64,000 nt of DNA from Flaviramulus sp. BrNp1-15. Its GTDB lineage: Bacteria > Bacteroidota > Bacteroidia > Flavobacteriales > Flavobacteriaceae. The stretch lies in assembly GCF_022259695.1 (NCBI RefSeq), contig NZ_CP092099.1:168471-232470 (forward strand), read 5' to 3'. This document shows, one piece after another, positions 30,912 to 40,266 of this stretch. A program made the translations under genes and the position numbers. A model generated the notes under the pieces. That model did not search any database. It was not told where the DNA came from and saw nothing but the letters and a program-made list of their open reading frames with translations. Each line of letters begins with the position of its first letter. The first letter of the stretch is position 1.

Positions 30912-31239
30912 AAGCTTATCATCTTGTAAAACTGATAGCCATGTAGTTTGTCTCTCTACTCTAAAAAAATTGACAATAATAGTGGATTGCAAATTGGCTT
31001 TAAATTTTTGCTTTCGTGAGAATGAGAAAATTGAAGCAATCTGGATAGTACTTTGAAATACTGATTTTTAATTGTTAGATATAACACGTGTTTTGTTTTC
31101 AGGTTTTAAAACGACGTATCAAATTATTGATATGGGCTTTTGATTTCTCAATACATAACACAAATTATTGAGGCTTTTAATATGAGTATTTCCGTACTAG
31201 AAAGATGATTTGTAATCTGCTGTTTTTTTAAATAACGAT

Positions 31240-31335
31240 GAATCGCGTGAAGGATAGAAGTGGCATCCTTTTTTGATTTTTTTCAAAAAAGATATAACGG
31301 ATAGCCTGTTGCATTTTTTATGCACACGCCCAAAA
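31240..31335 (+). repeat. copy II of a ~90-nt stem-closed structured repeat (5' box GCGT.., central A/T hairpin TGGCATCCTTTTTTGA..AAAAAAGATATAA, 3' box ACGCCCAAAATA)
   Basis: Shares the TGGCATCCTTTTTTGA...AAAAAAGATATAA core and the ACGCCCAAA(A)TAT 3' box with 43829-43933, and the 3' box with 340-423. Confidence 0.45.
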
Positions 31336-31450
31336 TATACTTTAAATCATAACAAACTCGTAGTTATGAATTGAAGTTGGTAACCCTTCCTTTACAGGTT
31401 TTACCAGTTCCTTAATTGGAAAAATTTAATGTTTAATTTAAAAATTAGAA

Positions 31451-32551
31451 ATGATGAAACGAGTAAGAATTAATGCAGGAAAAGTAGGTTTGGTTTTCAA
31501 AAATGGTAACTATTTAAAAGTAATTACCGAAGGAAAACACTGGTTAGGTTTTAATCAACGTGTGTTGGTTTATGACCTTGCGAACACCTTTGCGACTCCT
31601 ATAGCGTTAGAGCTCTTACTAAAAGACAAAACGTTGGAAGCGATGTTAGATGTGATTGAGGTTAAAGACGGTGAACTGGTTTTGGTTTACGAAAAAGGTA
31701 ACTTTAAAAACACACTTGCTGCTGGACGCTATGTGTACTGGAAGGGTTTGATTGAACGTGAATTTGTTCGTGCAGATTTAAGCAAAATTTATATTACTGA
31801 GAAGATTGACAAAGCATTATTCAGCAATTATGAATTGAGCAAATACATTAGAACTTTTGAGGTTTCGGCTTACGAAAAAGCTGTGCTTTTAGTTGATGAT
31901 GTATATACAAAGACGCTTGACGGCGGAACTTACAGATTCTGGAGAAATGACACAACAATTAAAATTGCAAAGGCTGATTTGCGTCAGTTGCAATTAGAAA
32001 TTGCTGGACAAGAATTGTTAACCAAAGATAAAGCTGCAATTCGTATAAACTTTTATACACAGTATAAAGTTACAGATATTGAAAAAGCTTTACTTGAAAA
32101 CAAGGATTACGAAAAGCAATTATACATTGCTATGCAATTGGTACTACGTGCTTATGTTGGTACGTATACTTTAGATGAGCTTTTAGAACGTAAAGAGAAT
32201 ATTGCGGAAGCGGTTTTTGAAAACGTTAAAACTAGTGCAACTAAATTAGGTGTTACGGTTTTAAACTGTGGTATTAGAGATGTGATTTTAACTGGAGAAA
32301 TGAAAGAGATTATGAATCAGGTTCTAGTCGCACAAAAGAAAGCTCAAGCAAACGTTATTATGAGACGTGAAGAAACTGCTTCTACTCGTAGCTTGCTAAA
32401 TACGGCAAAGTTAATGGAAGAGAATGACATGCTGTACAAGCTAAAAGAAATGGAGTATGTGGAAAAAATCGCTGAGAAAATTGGTGAAATCACAGTTTCA
32501 AATAATGGTGGTGTTGTTACACAATTGAAAGAGATTTTCTCTGTAAAATAA
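31451..32551 (+). CDS. SPFH/band-7 (stomatin-like) domain protein
   Basis: 366-aa ORF. The central region resembles SPFH and the C-terminal coiled-coil resembles stomatin/HflKC; assigned by composition and motif resemblance only. Confidence 0.45.
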   Translation: MMKRVRINAGKVGLVFKNGNYLKVITEGKHWLGFNQRVLVYDLANTFATPIALELLLKDKTLEAMLDVIEVKDGELVLVYEKGNFKNTLAAGRYVYWKGLIEREFVRADLSKIYITEKIDKALFSNYELSKYIRTFEVSAYEKAVLLVDDVYTKTLDGGTYRFWRNDTTIKIAKADLRQLQLEIAGQELLTKDKAAIRINFYTQYKVTDIEKALLENKDYEKQLYIAMQLVLRAYVGTYTLDELLERKENIAEAVFENVKTSATKLGVTVLNCGIRDVILTGEMKEIMNQVLVAQKKAQANVIMRREETASTRSLLNTAKLMEENDMLYKLKEMEYVEKIAEKIGEITVSNNGGVVTQLKEIFSVK

Positions 32552-32598
32552 GTGGTGTTTAATAGATGCGTTAGTGTAAAAAGCTAACGCATTTTTTA

Positions 32599-33603
32599 TT
32601 AAACATTCTGCATAAACCCTTCACACTTTTCAACCATATTTTTACTTCCGCAAATAAAAGGTGCTCGTTGATGAAGTTCTGTAGGTTCAATATCCATTAT
32701 TCTTGTAAAACCATCACTTGCTTTTCCATTTGCTTGTTCTGCTAAAAATGCCATAGGATTACATTCGTATAACAACCTTAATTTTCCATTAGGGTTTTTA
32801 GAGCTTTTTGGGTATAAATAAATACCGCCTTTTATCATATTTCTATGAAAATCGGAGACTAAAGATCCTATGTATCTAGAGGTATAAGGTCTATCGTCTT
32901 CTTCTTGCTGGCAATATTTAATATAATTTTTTACGCCCTGTGGGAAATGAATATAATTGCCTTCGTTTACAGAATAAATCGTGCCATCCTCAGGAAATTG
33001 CATATCTGGATGCGATAAATAAAACGACCCAATGGCCGGATTTAAAGTAAAACCATTAACACCATCGCCTGTAGTGTAAACCAACATGGTAGACGTACCA
33101 TAAACCACATAACCGGCAGCAACTTGCTGACTTCCTTTTTGTAGAAAATCCTTTAAAGTTACAGGTGTTCCAACAGGAGTAACGCGTCTATAAATTGAAA
33201 AAATGGTCCCTACAGAAACATTCACATCAATATTTGAGGAGCCATCTAATGGGTCAATTAAAACAACATATTTATTTTGATGGTTTTCATCTTGACTATT
33301 AATAGCAATAAAATCATCTTCTTCTTCACTGGCAATTCCACAAACAATATTCCTGTTAGTTAGGGTTTGTATAAACTTATCATTGGCATAAACATCTAAT
33401 TTTTGCTGATCTTCACCTTGAATATTGGTATCGCCTATAGCGCCTATAATATCAACCAAACCAGCTTTATTAACTTCATGATTTACAACTTTAGCGGCTA
33501 ATCTTATGGAATTTATTAAACTGGATAATTCTCCTGATGAATATTTAAACGATGTCTGATTTTCGATAATAAATTCTCCTAAAGTCTGTTTTTTATGCGT
33601 CAT
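32599..33603 (-). CDS. fbp: fructose-1,6-bisphosphatase class I
   Basis: [12 protein letters not shown] metal-binding motif; 334 aa. Confidence 0.9.
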   Translation of the reverse strand: MTHKKQTLGEFIIENQTSFKYSSGELSSLINSIRLAAKVVNHEVNKAGLVDIIGAIGDTNIQGEDQQKLDVYANDKFIQTLTNRNIVCGIASEEEDDFIAINSQDENHQNKYVVLIDPLDGSSNIDVNVSVGTIFSIYRRVTPVGTPVTLKDFLQKGSQQVAAGYVVYGTSTMLVYTTGDGVNGFTLNPAIGSFYLSHPDMQFPEDGTIYSVNEGNYIHFPQGVKNYIKYCQQEEDDRPYTSRYIGSLVSDFHRNMIKGGIYLYPKSSKNPNGKLRLLYECNPMAFLAEQANGKASDGFTRIMDIEPTELHQRAPFICGSKNMVEKCEGFMQNV

Positions 33604-33705
33604 AAATAAAAGTTGATTTGTTTGTACAAATATCTTATAAATTTTAACTAACTACAACGTTTTCGCTGAAGAATACTCTATGATATATTCAACTTTAAAC
33701 TATAT

Positions 33706-34206
33706 TTGAAATATTTTAAAAATATTATGAATTTCACAATAAGAGAAGCTAGAAAAAATGATATGCCACAAGTGCATAGCCTAATAAAGGAATTGGCTGA
33801 ATTTGAAAAAGAAGCTCATGCTGTTGAAGTTACTGTAGCCGATTTAGAAAATGATGGCTTTGGAAAACATCCTGCTTTTCATTGTTTTGTTGCAGAAATA
33901 AACTCTAAAGTTGAAGGCATTGCTTTGGTTTATAATAGATATTCTACCTGGAAAGGAAAAATTATACACTTAGAAGATTTAATTGTTAGTCAATCTATGC
34001 GAGGTTCTGGTATTGGTACAGCGCTTTTAGACGAAGTAGTAAAATATGCGTATAAGTTAGGAGTTAAGCGCATTAATTGGGAAGTTATAGATTGGAATGA
34101 ACCAGCCATTGCATTTTACGAAAAAAAAGGTGCCAAAGTATTACGCGATTGGGATGTAGTTTGGCTAGATGAAATAGGTATTAATAATTATGTAGCTAAT
34201 TTATAA
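33706..34206 (+). CDS. GNAT family N-acetyltransferase
   Basis: Acetyl-CoA binding motif RGSGIGTALL; 166 aa. The true start may be the internal Met at 33727. Confidence 0.7.
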   Translation: MKYFKNIMNFTIREARKNDMPQVHSLIKELAEFEKEAHAVEVTVADLENDGFGKHPAFHCFVAEINSKVEGIALVYNRYSTWKGKIIHLEDLIVSQSMRGSGIGTALLDEVVKYAYKLGVKRINWEVIDWNEPAIAFYEKKGAKVLRDWDVVWLDEIGINNYVANL

Positions 34207-34207
34207 T

Positions 34208-35458
34208 ATGCAAGTATTTAAGTTTGGTGGAGCTTCAGTAAAAGATGCAAAAGGGGTTAAAAACTTGGTGTCTGTATTACAAAAAGTAGGCTTTAAAAAT
34301 ACCCTTATTGTGGTTTCTGCCATGGGAAAAACCACTAATGCTTTAGAAGCTGTTATTAAAAATTATTTTGAAAACAAGAAGGAATTACAAAGCTCGCTTC
34401 AAGATGTAAAAAAATATCATAATGAAATTCTTTTAGATTTATTTGAAAACGAAAATCATCAAGCTTTTAAAAAAGTTGCTGCGCTTTTCAATGAATTAAA
34501 TGATTTCCTAAAAACGAATAAATCACCTGATTATAATTTTGTTTACGATCAAACTATTGGTTTTGGTGAGTTAGTTTCAACAACTATTATTAGTGAGTAT
34601 TTAAATGCCATTGGGTTACACAACAATTGGTTAGATGTTAGAGATTTTATTAAAACCGATAATTATTACAGGCGTGCAAATATTAATTGGGAAGCCACCC
34701 AAAGTTTAATATCATCAAACTTAAACCCATCTGTTTTAAATATTACTCAAGGCTTTTTAGGTAGCGACTCAAATAACTTTACAACTACACTTGGTAGAGA
34801 AGGTAGCGATTATACAGCCGCTATTTTTGCCTATTGTTTAAATGCAGAACGTGTAACTATTTGGAAAGATGTTCCAGGTGTATTAAATGCAGACCCGCGT
34901 TATTTTGATAATGCCAAATTATTAAACAAAATATCGTATACCGAAGCTATAGAGTTGGCCTTTTATGGAGCGTCGGTAATTCATCCAAAAACATTACAAC
35001 CTTTACAGGGAAAAGAAATTCCGCTATATGTTAAATCGTTTTTAAATCCTGAAGCCTCTGGAACAAGAATAGGTAAAAATGTAACTCTTGAACCTATGAT
35101 TCCTTGTTTTATTGTAAAGAAAAACCAAATATTGATTTCATTATCATCATTAGATTTTTCATATATCGTTGAAGAAAATATTAGTGAGATTTTCAATCTT
35201 TTACATCATTACAAAATGAAGGTTGATGTTATTCAAAATTCAGCCATTAGTTTTTCAGTTTGTGTTGATAATATTTATAATAATCTAGATAAATTATTAC
35301 ATCATTTAAAAGCAAAATTTAAAGTAACATACAATGAAAATGTTTCTCTTTATACTATTAGGCATTATAATGAACAGGCCATTAATCAAATTGAAACAGG
35401 TAAAACCGTGTTATTAAAACAATTAACTCAAGAAACCGTTCAAATAGTAACTAAATAG
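34208..35458 (+). CDS. lysC: aspartate kinase
   Basis: VFKFGGASV ... VVSAMGKTTNALE amino-acid kinase signature plus C-terminal ACT domains; 416 aa. Confidence 0.9.
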   Translation: MQVFKFGGASVKDAKGVKNLVSVLQKVGFKNTLIVVSAMGKTTNALEAVIKNYFENKKELQSSLQDVKKYHNEILLDLFENENHQAFKKVAALFNELNDFLKTNKSPDYNFVYDQTIGFGELVSTTIISEYLNAIGLHNNWLDVRDFIKTDNYYRRANINWEATQSLISSNLNPSVLNITQGFLGSDSNNFTTTLGREGSDYTAAIFAYCLNAERVTIWKDVPGVLNADPRYFDNAKLLNKISYTEAIELAFYGASVIHPKTLQPLQGKEIPLYVKSFLNPEASGTRIGKNVTLEPMIPCFIVKKNQILISLSSLDFSYIVEENISEIFNLLHHYKMKVDVIQNSAISFSVCVDNIYNNLDKLLHHLKAKFKVTYNENVSLYTIRHYNEQAINQIETGKTVLLKQLTQETVQIVTK

Positions 35459-35479
35459 TTTATTTAGTACATTTACCGC

Positions 35480-37309
35480 ATGACCAAACAACAAGATACC
35501 GGGTTAGTAACTGCCAAAGAAGTGGCTAAAGCCATTCAATTAGACAAGTATGGTTTTATTGGTACTTTTGTTGGCTGGCTTTTAATGAAACTGCTTAAAA
35601 TTTCTAAGCTTAATAAAATTTATAATCGCAATAAACATTTAGAAGAATTGCCTTTTTTAAATGCGATTTTAAATGACTTTCAAATTAAATTTGAAATCCC
35701 TGAAGAAGATTTAAAACGTTTACCAAAAGATGGTGCTTACATTACCATTTCTAATCATCCTCTTGGTGGTATTGATGGTATTTTGCTATTAAAATTAATG
35801 TTAGAGCAACGCAAAGATTTTAAAATAATTGCCAACTTTTTATTACACAGAATTGAGCCTTTAAAGCCATACATTATGCCTGTAAATCCTTTTGAAGACA
35901 GGAAAGATGTTAAGTCTAGTGTAACAGGTTTTAAGAATTCTATTTTACATTTAAAAGACGGACATCCTCTTGGTATTTTTCCTGCTGGAGAAGTATCAAC
36001 ATATCGTGATGGTAAATTGGTAGTTGATAAACCTTGGGAAGAAGCTGCTATGAAATTAATAAAGAAAGCAGAAGTTCCTGTAGTTCCTATTTACTTTCAT
36101 GCCAAAAACAGTAAGCTATTTTATAAGCTTTCAAAAATTAATGACACGTTTAGAACAGCTAAATTACCTTCGGAATTATTAACTCAAAAAAGACGTGTTA
36201 TAAAGGTTAGGATTGGCAGACCTATTTCTGTTGACGACCAAAAAGAGCATACGGCTATAGATGAATTTTCAGAATTTTTAAGAAAAAAAACTTATATGTT
36301 ATCTAATTCTTTCGAGGATAAATCGAAAATATTAGATAATATTTCTTCTACTTTAAAAGCGCCTAAAGCACCAAAAAGTATTGTCACTCCAGTTGATACT
36401 ACGTTAATGACTAAAGAGGTTGATGCGCTTCGAGAAAATGATTCCAGACTTTTAGAAAGTAAAAATTACGAGGTGTTTTTAGCACAAGCAGATAAAATTC
36501 CTAATGTTTTACGAGAAATAGGACGTTTACGAGAAATTACATTTAGAGAAGTTGGTGAAGGCACAAACGAAGCTATAGATTTAGATACTTTTGATAATTA
36601 TTACCACCATATGTTTTTATGGGATAATGAACGAAAATTGCTTGCCGGTGCTTACAGAATGGGATTAGGTTCCAAAATATATGAGCAATTTGGTATTGAT
36701 GGTTTTTACCTTCAAGACTTGTTTAGGTTTGAACCCGAATTGCATAAAATGATGAGCCAGTCTATAGAAATGGGACGCGCATTCATCATTAAAGAATATC
36801 AACAAAAACCAATGCCTTTATTTTTACTTTGGAAAGGTATTGTGCATACTACTTTACGCCACCCAGAACATAAATATTTAATTGGTGGGGTTAGTATTAG
36901 TAATCAGTTTTCAAATTTCTCAAAATCCTTGATGATTGAGTTTATGAAATCGCATTACTACGACCCATACATTGCCCAATATGTTCGTCCTAAAAAAGAG
37001 TTTAAAGTAAAGCTTAAAGACGCCGATAAGGACTTTGTTTTTGATGAAACCGAAGCCGATTTAAACAAGTTTGACAAATTTATTGATGAAATAGAACCAG
37101 GAGCATTACGTTTACCGGTTTTACTTAAAAAATACATTAAACAAAATGCTAAACTGGTAGCGTTTAATGTAGATCCTTTGTTCAACAATTCGGTTGATGG
37201 TTTAATGTACATTAAAATTGCCGATTTACCCGAAAGCACTGTTCGCCCTGTTATGGAAGAGTTTCAGGCAGAATTGGAACGTAAGTTTGCTGAAAATAAT
37301 GGTGGTTAA
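35480..37309 (+). CDS. bifunctional acyltransferase, OlsF-like (N-terminal PlsC-type O-acyltransferase with HX4D motif; C-terminal hemolysin/OlsB-like N-acyltransferase)
   Basis: HX4D motif in ITISNHPLGGIDG and second motif FPAGEVS in the N-terminal domain. The C-terminal ~300 aa resemble lyso-ornithine/glycine lipid N-acyltransferases. The 609-aa length matches Flavobacterium OlsF. Confidence 0.5.
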   Translation: MTKQQDTGLVTAKEVAKAIQLDKYGFIGTFVGWLLMKLLKISKLNKIYNRNKHLEELPFLNAILNDFQIKFEIPEEDLKRLPKDGAYITISNHPLGGIDGILLLKLMLEQRKDFKIIANFLLHRIEPLKPYIMPVNPFEDRKDVKSSVTGFKNSILHLKDGHPLGIFPAGEVSTYRDGKLVVDKPWEEAAMKLIKKAEVPVVPIYFHAKNSKLFYKLSKINDTFRTAKLPSELLTQKRRVIKVRIGRPISVDDQKEHTAIDEFSEFLRKKTYMLSNSFEDKSKILDNISSTLKAPKAPKSIVTPVDTTLMTKEVDALRENDSRLLESKNYEVFLAQADKIPNVLREIGRLREITFREVGEGTNEAIDLDTFDNYYHHMFLWDNERKLLAGAYRMGLGSKIYEQFGIDGFYLQDLFRFEPELHKMMSQSIEMGRAFIIKEYQQKPMPLFLLWKGIVHTTLRHPEHKYLIGGVSISNQFSNFSKSLMIEFMKSHYYDPYIAQYVRPKKEFKVKLKDADKDFVFDETEADLNKFDKFIDEIEPGALRLPVLLKKYIKQNAKLVAFNVDPLFNNSVDGLMYIKIADLPESTVRPVMEEFQAELERKFAENNGG

Positions 37310-37319
37310 ACTACTTTTG

Positions 37320-37360
37320 AAGAGTTAAATATTTTTCTAAAAACTCTTTGTTTGTTTATT
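37320..37360 (+). terminator. rho-independent terminator after the OlsF-like gene
   Basis: AAGAGTT...AACTCTT hairpin followed by a T-rich tail. Confidence 0.5.
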
Positions 37361-37401
37361 TAGTATTTTATTTAGGTTTTGACTACCGCTCAACTTGACA
37401 T

Positions 37402-37893
37402 TTAACTTAGTATTTTACTTCGTCTTTCTAAAAGCTGGTTGTCGTACCATCTTCCTTTTAATTTTCCAATTTTTTCGCGAACACCAACAATTCTAAATCC
37501 ACATTTTTGATGCAGATTAATACTCGCTAGATTTTCACTAAAAATATTAGCTTGTAAGGTCCAAAAACCTGCGTCCTCACTTTCTTTAATTAACTTACTC
37601 AGTAGTAATTCTCCAATATGATGTCCTCTAAATGCTTCTGAAATATATACGCTAACCTCTGCAACCCCTTTATAAACTTCTCGTTTTGAAACTGCTGACA
37701 AAACAGCAAATCCAATAACATTCTCTTTATAAACAGCAACTATTCTGCATTTAGAAATGTATTTGTTATCCCATTTTTCCCAATCAGGGCATTCAGTTTC
37801 AAAAGTTGCAATACCCGTAGTAATACCTTCTTTATATATTTTTGAAACGGATAACCAATCGGTTTCTAATAATGGTCTAACAACAATTTCCAT
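37402..37893 (-). CDS. GNAT acetyltransferase, phosphinothricin-acetyltransferase-like (ArsN1-like candidate)
   Basis: PAT-family GNAT motifs (RGHHIGELLL); lies in the ArsR-DUF6428 operon. Start placed at MEIVVRP. Confidence 0.6.
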   Translation of the reverse strand: MEIVVRPLLETDWLSVSKIYKEGITTGIATFETECPDWEKWDNKYISKCRIVAVYKENVIGFAVLSAVSKREVYKGVAEVSVYISEAFRGHHIGELLLSKLIKESEDAGFWTLQANIFSENLASINLHQKCGFRIVGVREKIGKLKGRWYDNQLLERRSKILS

Positions 37894-38371
37894 CTGGTGA
37901 ACAACATGGTGCATCACTAGTAACTGTCTCTACTACTTCAGGAACAACACAAATTTCTTTTGCTTTACAATCTGTTTTTTCGATTGCTAATTTGATTATT
38001 AAATTATCATTCTGTATTTCAAAATCGTTAACAAATAATTGTGCAGTATGAAAGTTTGCATTGCTATATTCAAACTTAACTTCGGCATCTAGAACATAAG
38101 GTTTCATTTTTCCAACTTTTTTAAGAATGGCAAGAGCTTTAAAAGTAGACATATAATCTCTTTTTCCTAATTCCTCTGGGCTTTCCCATAATTGAATTAT
38201 AGTTTCTTTCCAAGCATCGGTTTGCGAACCACAATCAACAGCATCTATAGCTATATGTTTTACTTCAGTTATGTGATAATTAGCTCCTACTAATAAATTT
38301 GGTGCATATTCAAATAATAAAGATTTCTCTTTGTTACCTTCTAGTAATGTGAATAATTCTTGTGTTTTCAT
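37877..38371 (-). CDS. DUF6428-like protein with C-terminal Cys cluster (CCSPDGNCC)
   Basis: 164 aa. Cys-rich tail; co-operonic with ArsR. Confidence 0.5.
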   Translation of the reverse strand: MKTQELFTLLEGNKEKSLLFEYAPNLLVGANYHITEVKHIAIDAVDCGSQTDAWKETIIQLWESPEELGKRDYMSTFKALAILKKVGKMKPYVLDAEVKFEYSNANFHTAQLFVNDFEIQNDNLIIKLAIEKTDCKAKEICVVPEVVETVTSDAPCCSPDGNCC

Positions 38372-38404
38372 GATATTAAATTTTTATATGCGTATTAGGT
38401 TTGT

Positions 38405-38436
38405 GGATTCCCGCTTTCTCGGGAATGACAAATAAT
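38405..38436 (+). repeat. copy 2 of the GGATTCCCG-N6-CGGGAATGACAA hairpin repeat
   Basis: GGATTCCCGCTTTCTCGGGAATGACAAATAAT; sits in the arsR to DUF6428 intercistronic gap. Confidence 0.6.
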
Positions 38437-38438
38437 GA

Positions 38439-38762
38439 TTAACAACAATTAGATTTAGTTTTATTAAAAAAAGTGTTTAATTGGTTTTGTAAAGCAGTCC
38501 AACGTTCTACATTAATACAATAACACATGCTCTTACCTTCAACTTCACCAGTAAGTAACCCAATGCTTTTAAGTTCTTTTAAATGCTGAGAAATAGTGGC
38601 TTGGGCTAATCCAATTTCCTCAACCAAATCGCTACAAATACATGCATTTTGATTACTTATATACTGAAGTATAGCAACTCTTGCAGGATGCCCTAGCACT
38701 TTAAAAAACTGTGCTAAATCATTTTGGTGATCTGTAAATATTTGTGTTTTTGTTACACCCAT
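38439..38762 (-). CDS. arsR: ArsR/SmtB family metalloregulator
   Basis: HTH (LGHPARVAILQYI) plus metal-binding CICSDL (cf. ELCVCDL). Start placed at the internal Met, giving 107 aa. Confidence 0.75.
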   Translation of the reverse strand: MGVTKTQIFTDHQNDLAQFFKVLGHPARVAILQYISNQNACICSDLVEEIGLAQATISQHLKELKSIGLLTGEVEGKSMCYCINVERWTALQNQLNTFFNKTKSNCC

Positions 38763-38850
38763 GTTATTAATTATATATTGCAATGTTACGATGTTAAATT
38801 TAAATAAAAAAGTCAAAATTGATTTTTTTGACTTTTTATATATTATTTAA

Positions 38851-39303
38851 TTAAAACCAAGGTTTTTTTCCAGCTTGGTAGGTGTTATAAAATTCTTCAT
38901 CAGATTTTGTTAAATAGACTATGCCTTCAATTAATCCAATAACTCCAGTTATTCCAGCCCCTAAACCACAGGTAATAAAGCCTAAAACAAAAGTAACAAC
39001 TAACAAAATTATACCTTCCTTATTATAGCCTAGTATAAATTTATGTACTCCCAGAGACCCTAATAAAATTGCTAAAACACCAGCTAAGATTTTTTTATTT
39101 TCTCCTGTTACATTATCGAAAGTTTCTTTAGCGTTTTCTGCAAACTCTGAAGCTGTTTCTTTCGCCTCATCTGCAAATTCTTTAGCCTTTTCTTTTGCTT
39201 CTTCAGCAAATTCTTCAGCTTTATCGGCAGCTTTTTTTGCGCCTTCTTTTGCATCACCTAACATATCATTTAGGTCGTCGCTTAAATTTTTTTCATCTGA
39301 CAT
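38851..39303 (-). CDS. TM2 domain-containing protein with acidic A-x-E-F-A repeat N-terminus
   Basis: C-terminal two-TM TM2 module (GVHKFILGY ... ITCGLGAG). Confidence 0.5.
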   Translation of the reverse strand: MSDEKNLSDDLNDMLGDAKEGAKKAADKAEEFAEEAKEKAKEFADEAKETASEFAENAKETFDNVTGENKKILAGVLAILLGSLGVHKFILGYNKEGIILLVVTFVLGFITCGLGAGITGVIGLIEGIVYLTKSDEEFYNTYQAGKKPWF

Positions 39304-39399
39304 AATAGTTATTTTTTTAATTAGTGGTTTTAAAGGTAATAAAAAATTAAACTCACTTTAACTATAGGTCATTCAAAATATAATAACGTTACAAATAAA

Positions 39400-40164
39400 T
39401 TATCTAAACAATAAAATAATGCCTCCAATAGCAGTGACTATTAAAATAAAACGTCTGTAATTTACATTAGAAATGAGCTTCACTATACGTGCGCCAATAA
39501 AAAAACCAATGATTACTGCTGGTACTAAAACCGAATTGAGTACTAGTGTTTCTGGAGTAACTGTTTTCCAAACAAAAATATGAAATGGTAATTTGAATAC
39601 ATTTATTATAAAAAACAACCATGCAGCCGTACCAATAAATTCATTTTTTGGGAAACGCATAGCTAGGAAATAAATATTGGCCACTGGGCCTGCCAAATTA
39701 CCAATCATAGTTGTGAATCCTGCCAAAAAACCCATAGTACCAGAAAACAGCTTACTTTTAGGAACACTGTTAGAGTTTTTGTGTTCAGAATATATCATTA
39801 GCAATACTGAACCAATTATAATAATTGCCATGAGCCTTTTAAAAATACGTTCTGAAATTTCATCGCCTACCCAAACACCTACTAAAACACCAATTATCAT
39901 CCAAGGTATAAGCTTTTTTATGTACTTCCAATTGGCATGTCTGTTATAATAGGTAACTGCAAAAACATCGGCAGTAATTAACATGGGCAGCAAAATACCT
40001 GTTGATGCTTTTTCTCCAAAAACAAAGGCTAGAATAACAACAATAATAATACCTATGCCTTTTATTCCGGATTTAGATAAACCCAATAAAAAAACTGCAA
40101 TACCAACAGCTACCCATTGTATTGCAGTTAAATTAAAAGATTGTAGTATTTCTATATAAGACAA
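39400..40164 (-). CDS. sulfite exporter TauE/SafE family membrane protein
   Basis: DUF81 duplicated 4-TM repeats with Gly-rich helices; 254 aa. Confidence 0.75.
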   Translation of the reverse strand: MSYIEILQSFNLTAIQWVAVGIAVFLLGLSKSGIKGIGIIIVVILAFVFGEKASTGILLPMLITADVFAVTYYNRHANWKYIKKLIPWMIIGVLVGVWVGDEISERIFKRLMAIIIIGSVLLMIYSEHKNSNSVPKSKLFSGTMGFLAGFTTMIGNLAGPVANIYFLAMRFPKNEFIGTAAWLFFIINVFKLPFHIFVWKTVTPETLVLNSVLVPAVIIGFFIGARIVKLISNVNYRRFILIVTAIGGIILLFR

Positions 40165-40266
40165 TTAGAGTTTTGTTTTTAAGTGAAAACTTAAATTTTA
40201 AACAATAAAAGTACAAAATAGGTTTCGACTGCGCTCAACCTAACACGGTAAGTTGTTTTTAATTTA

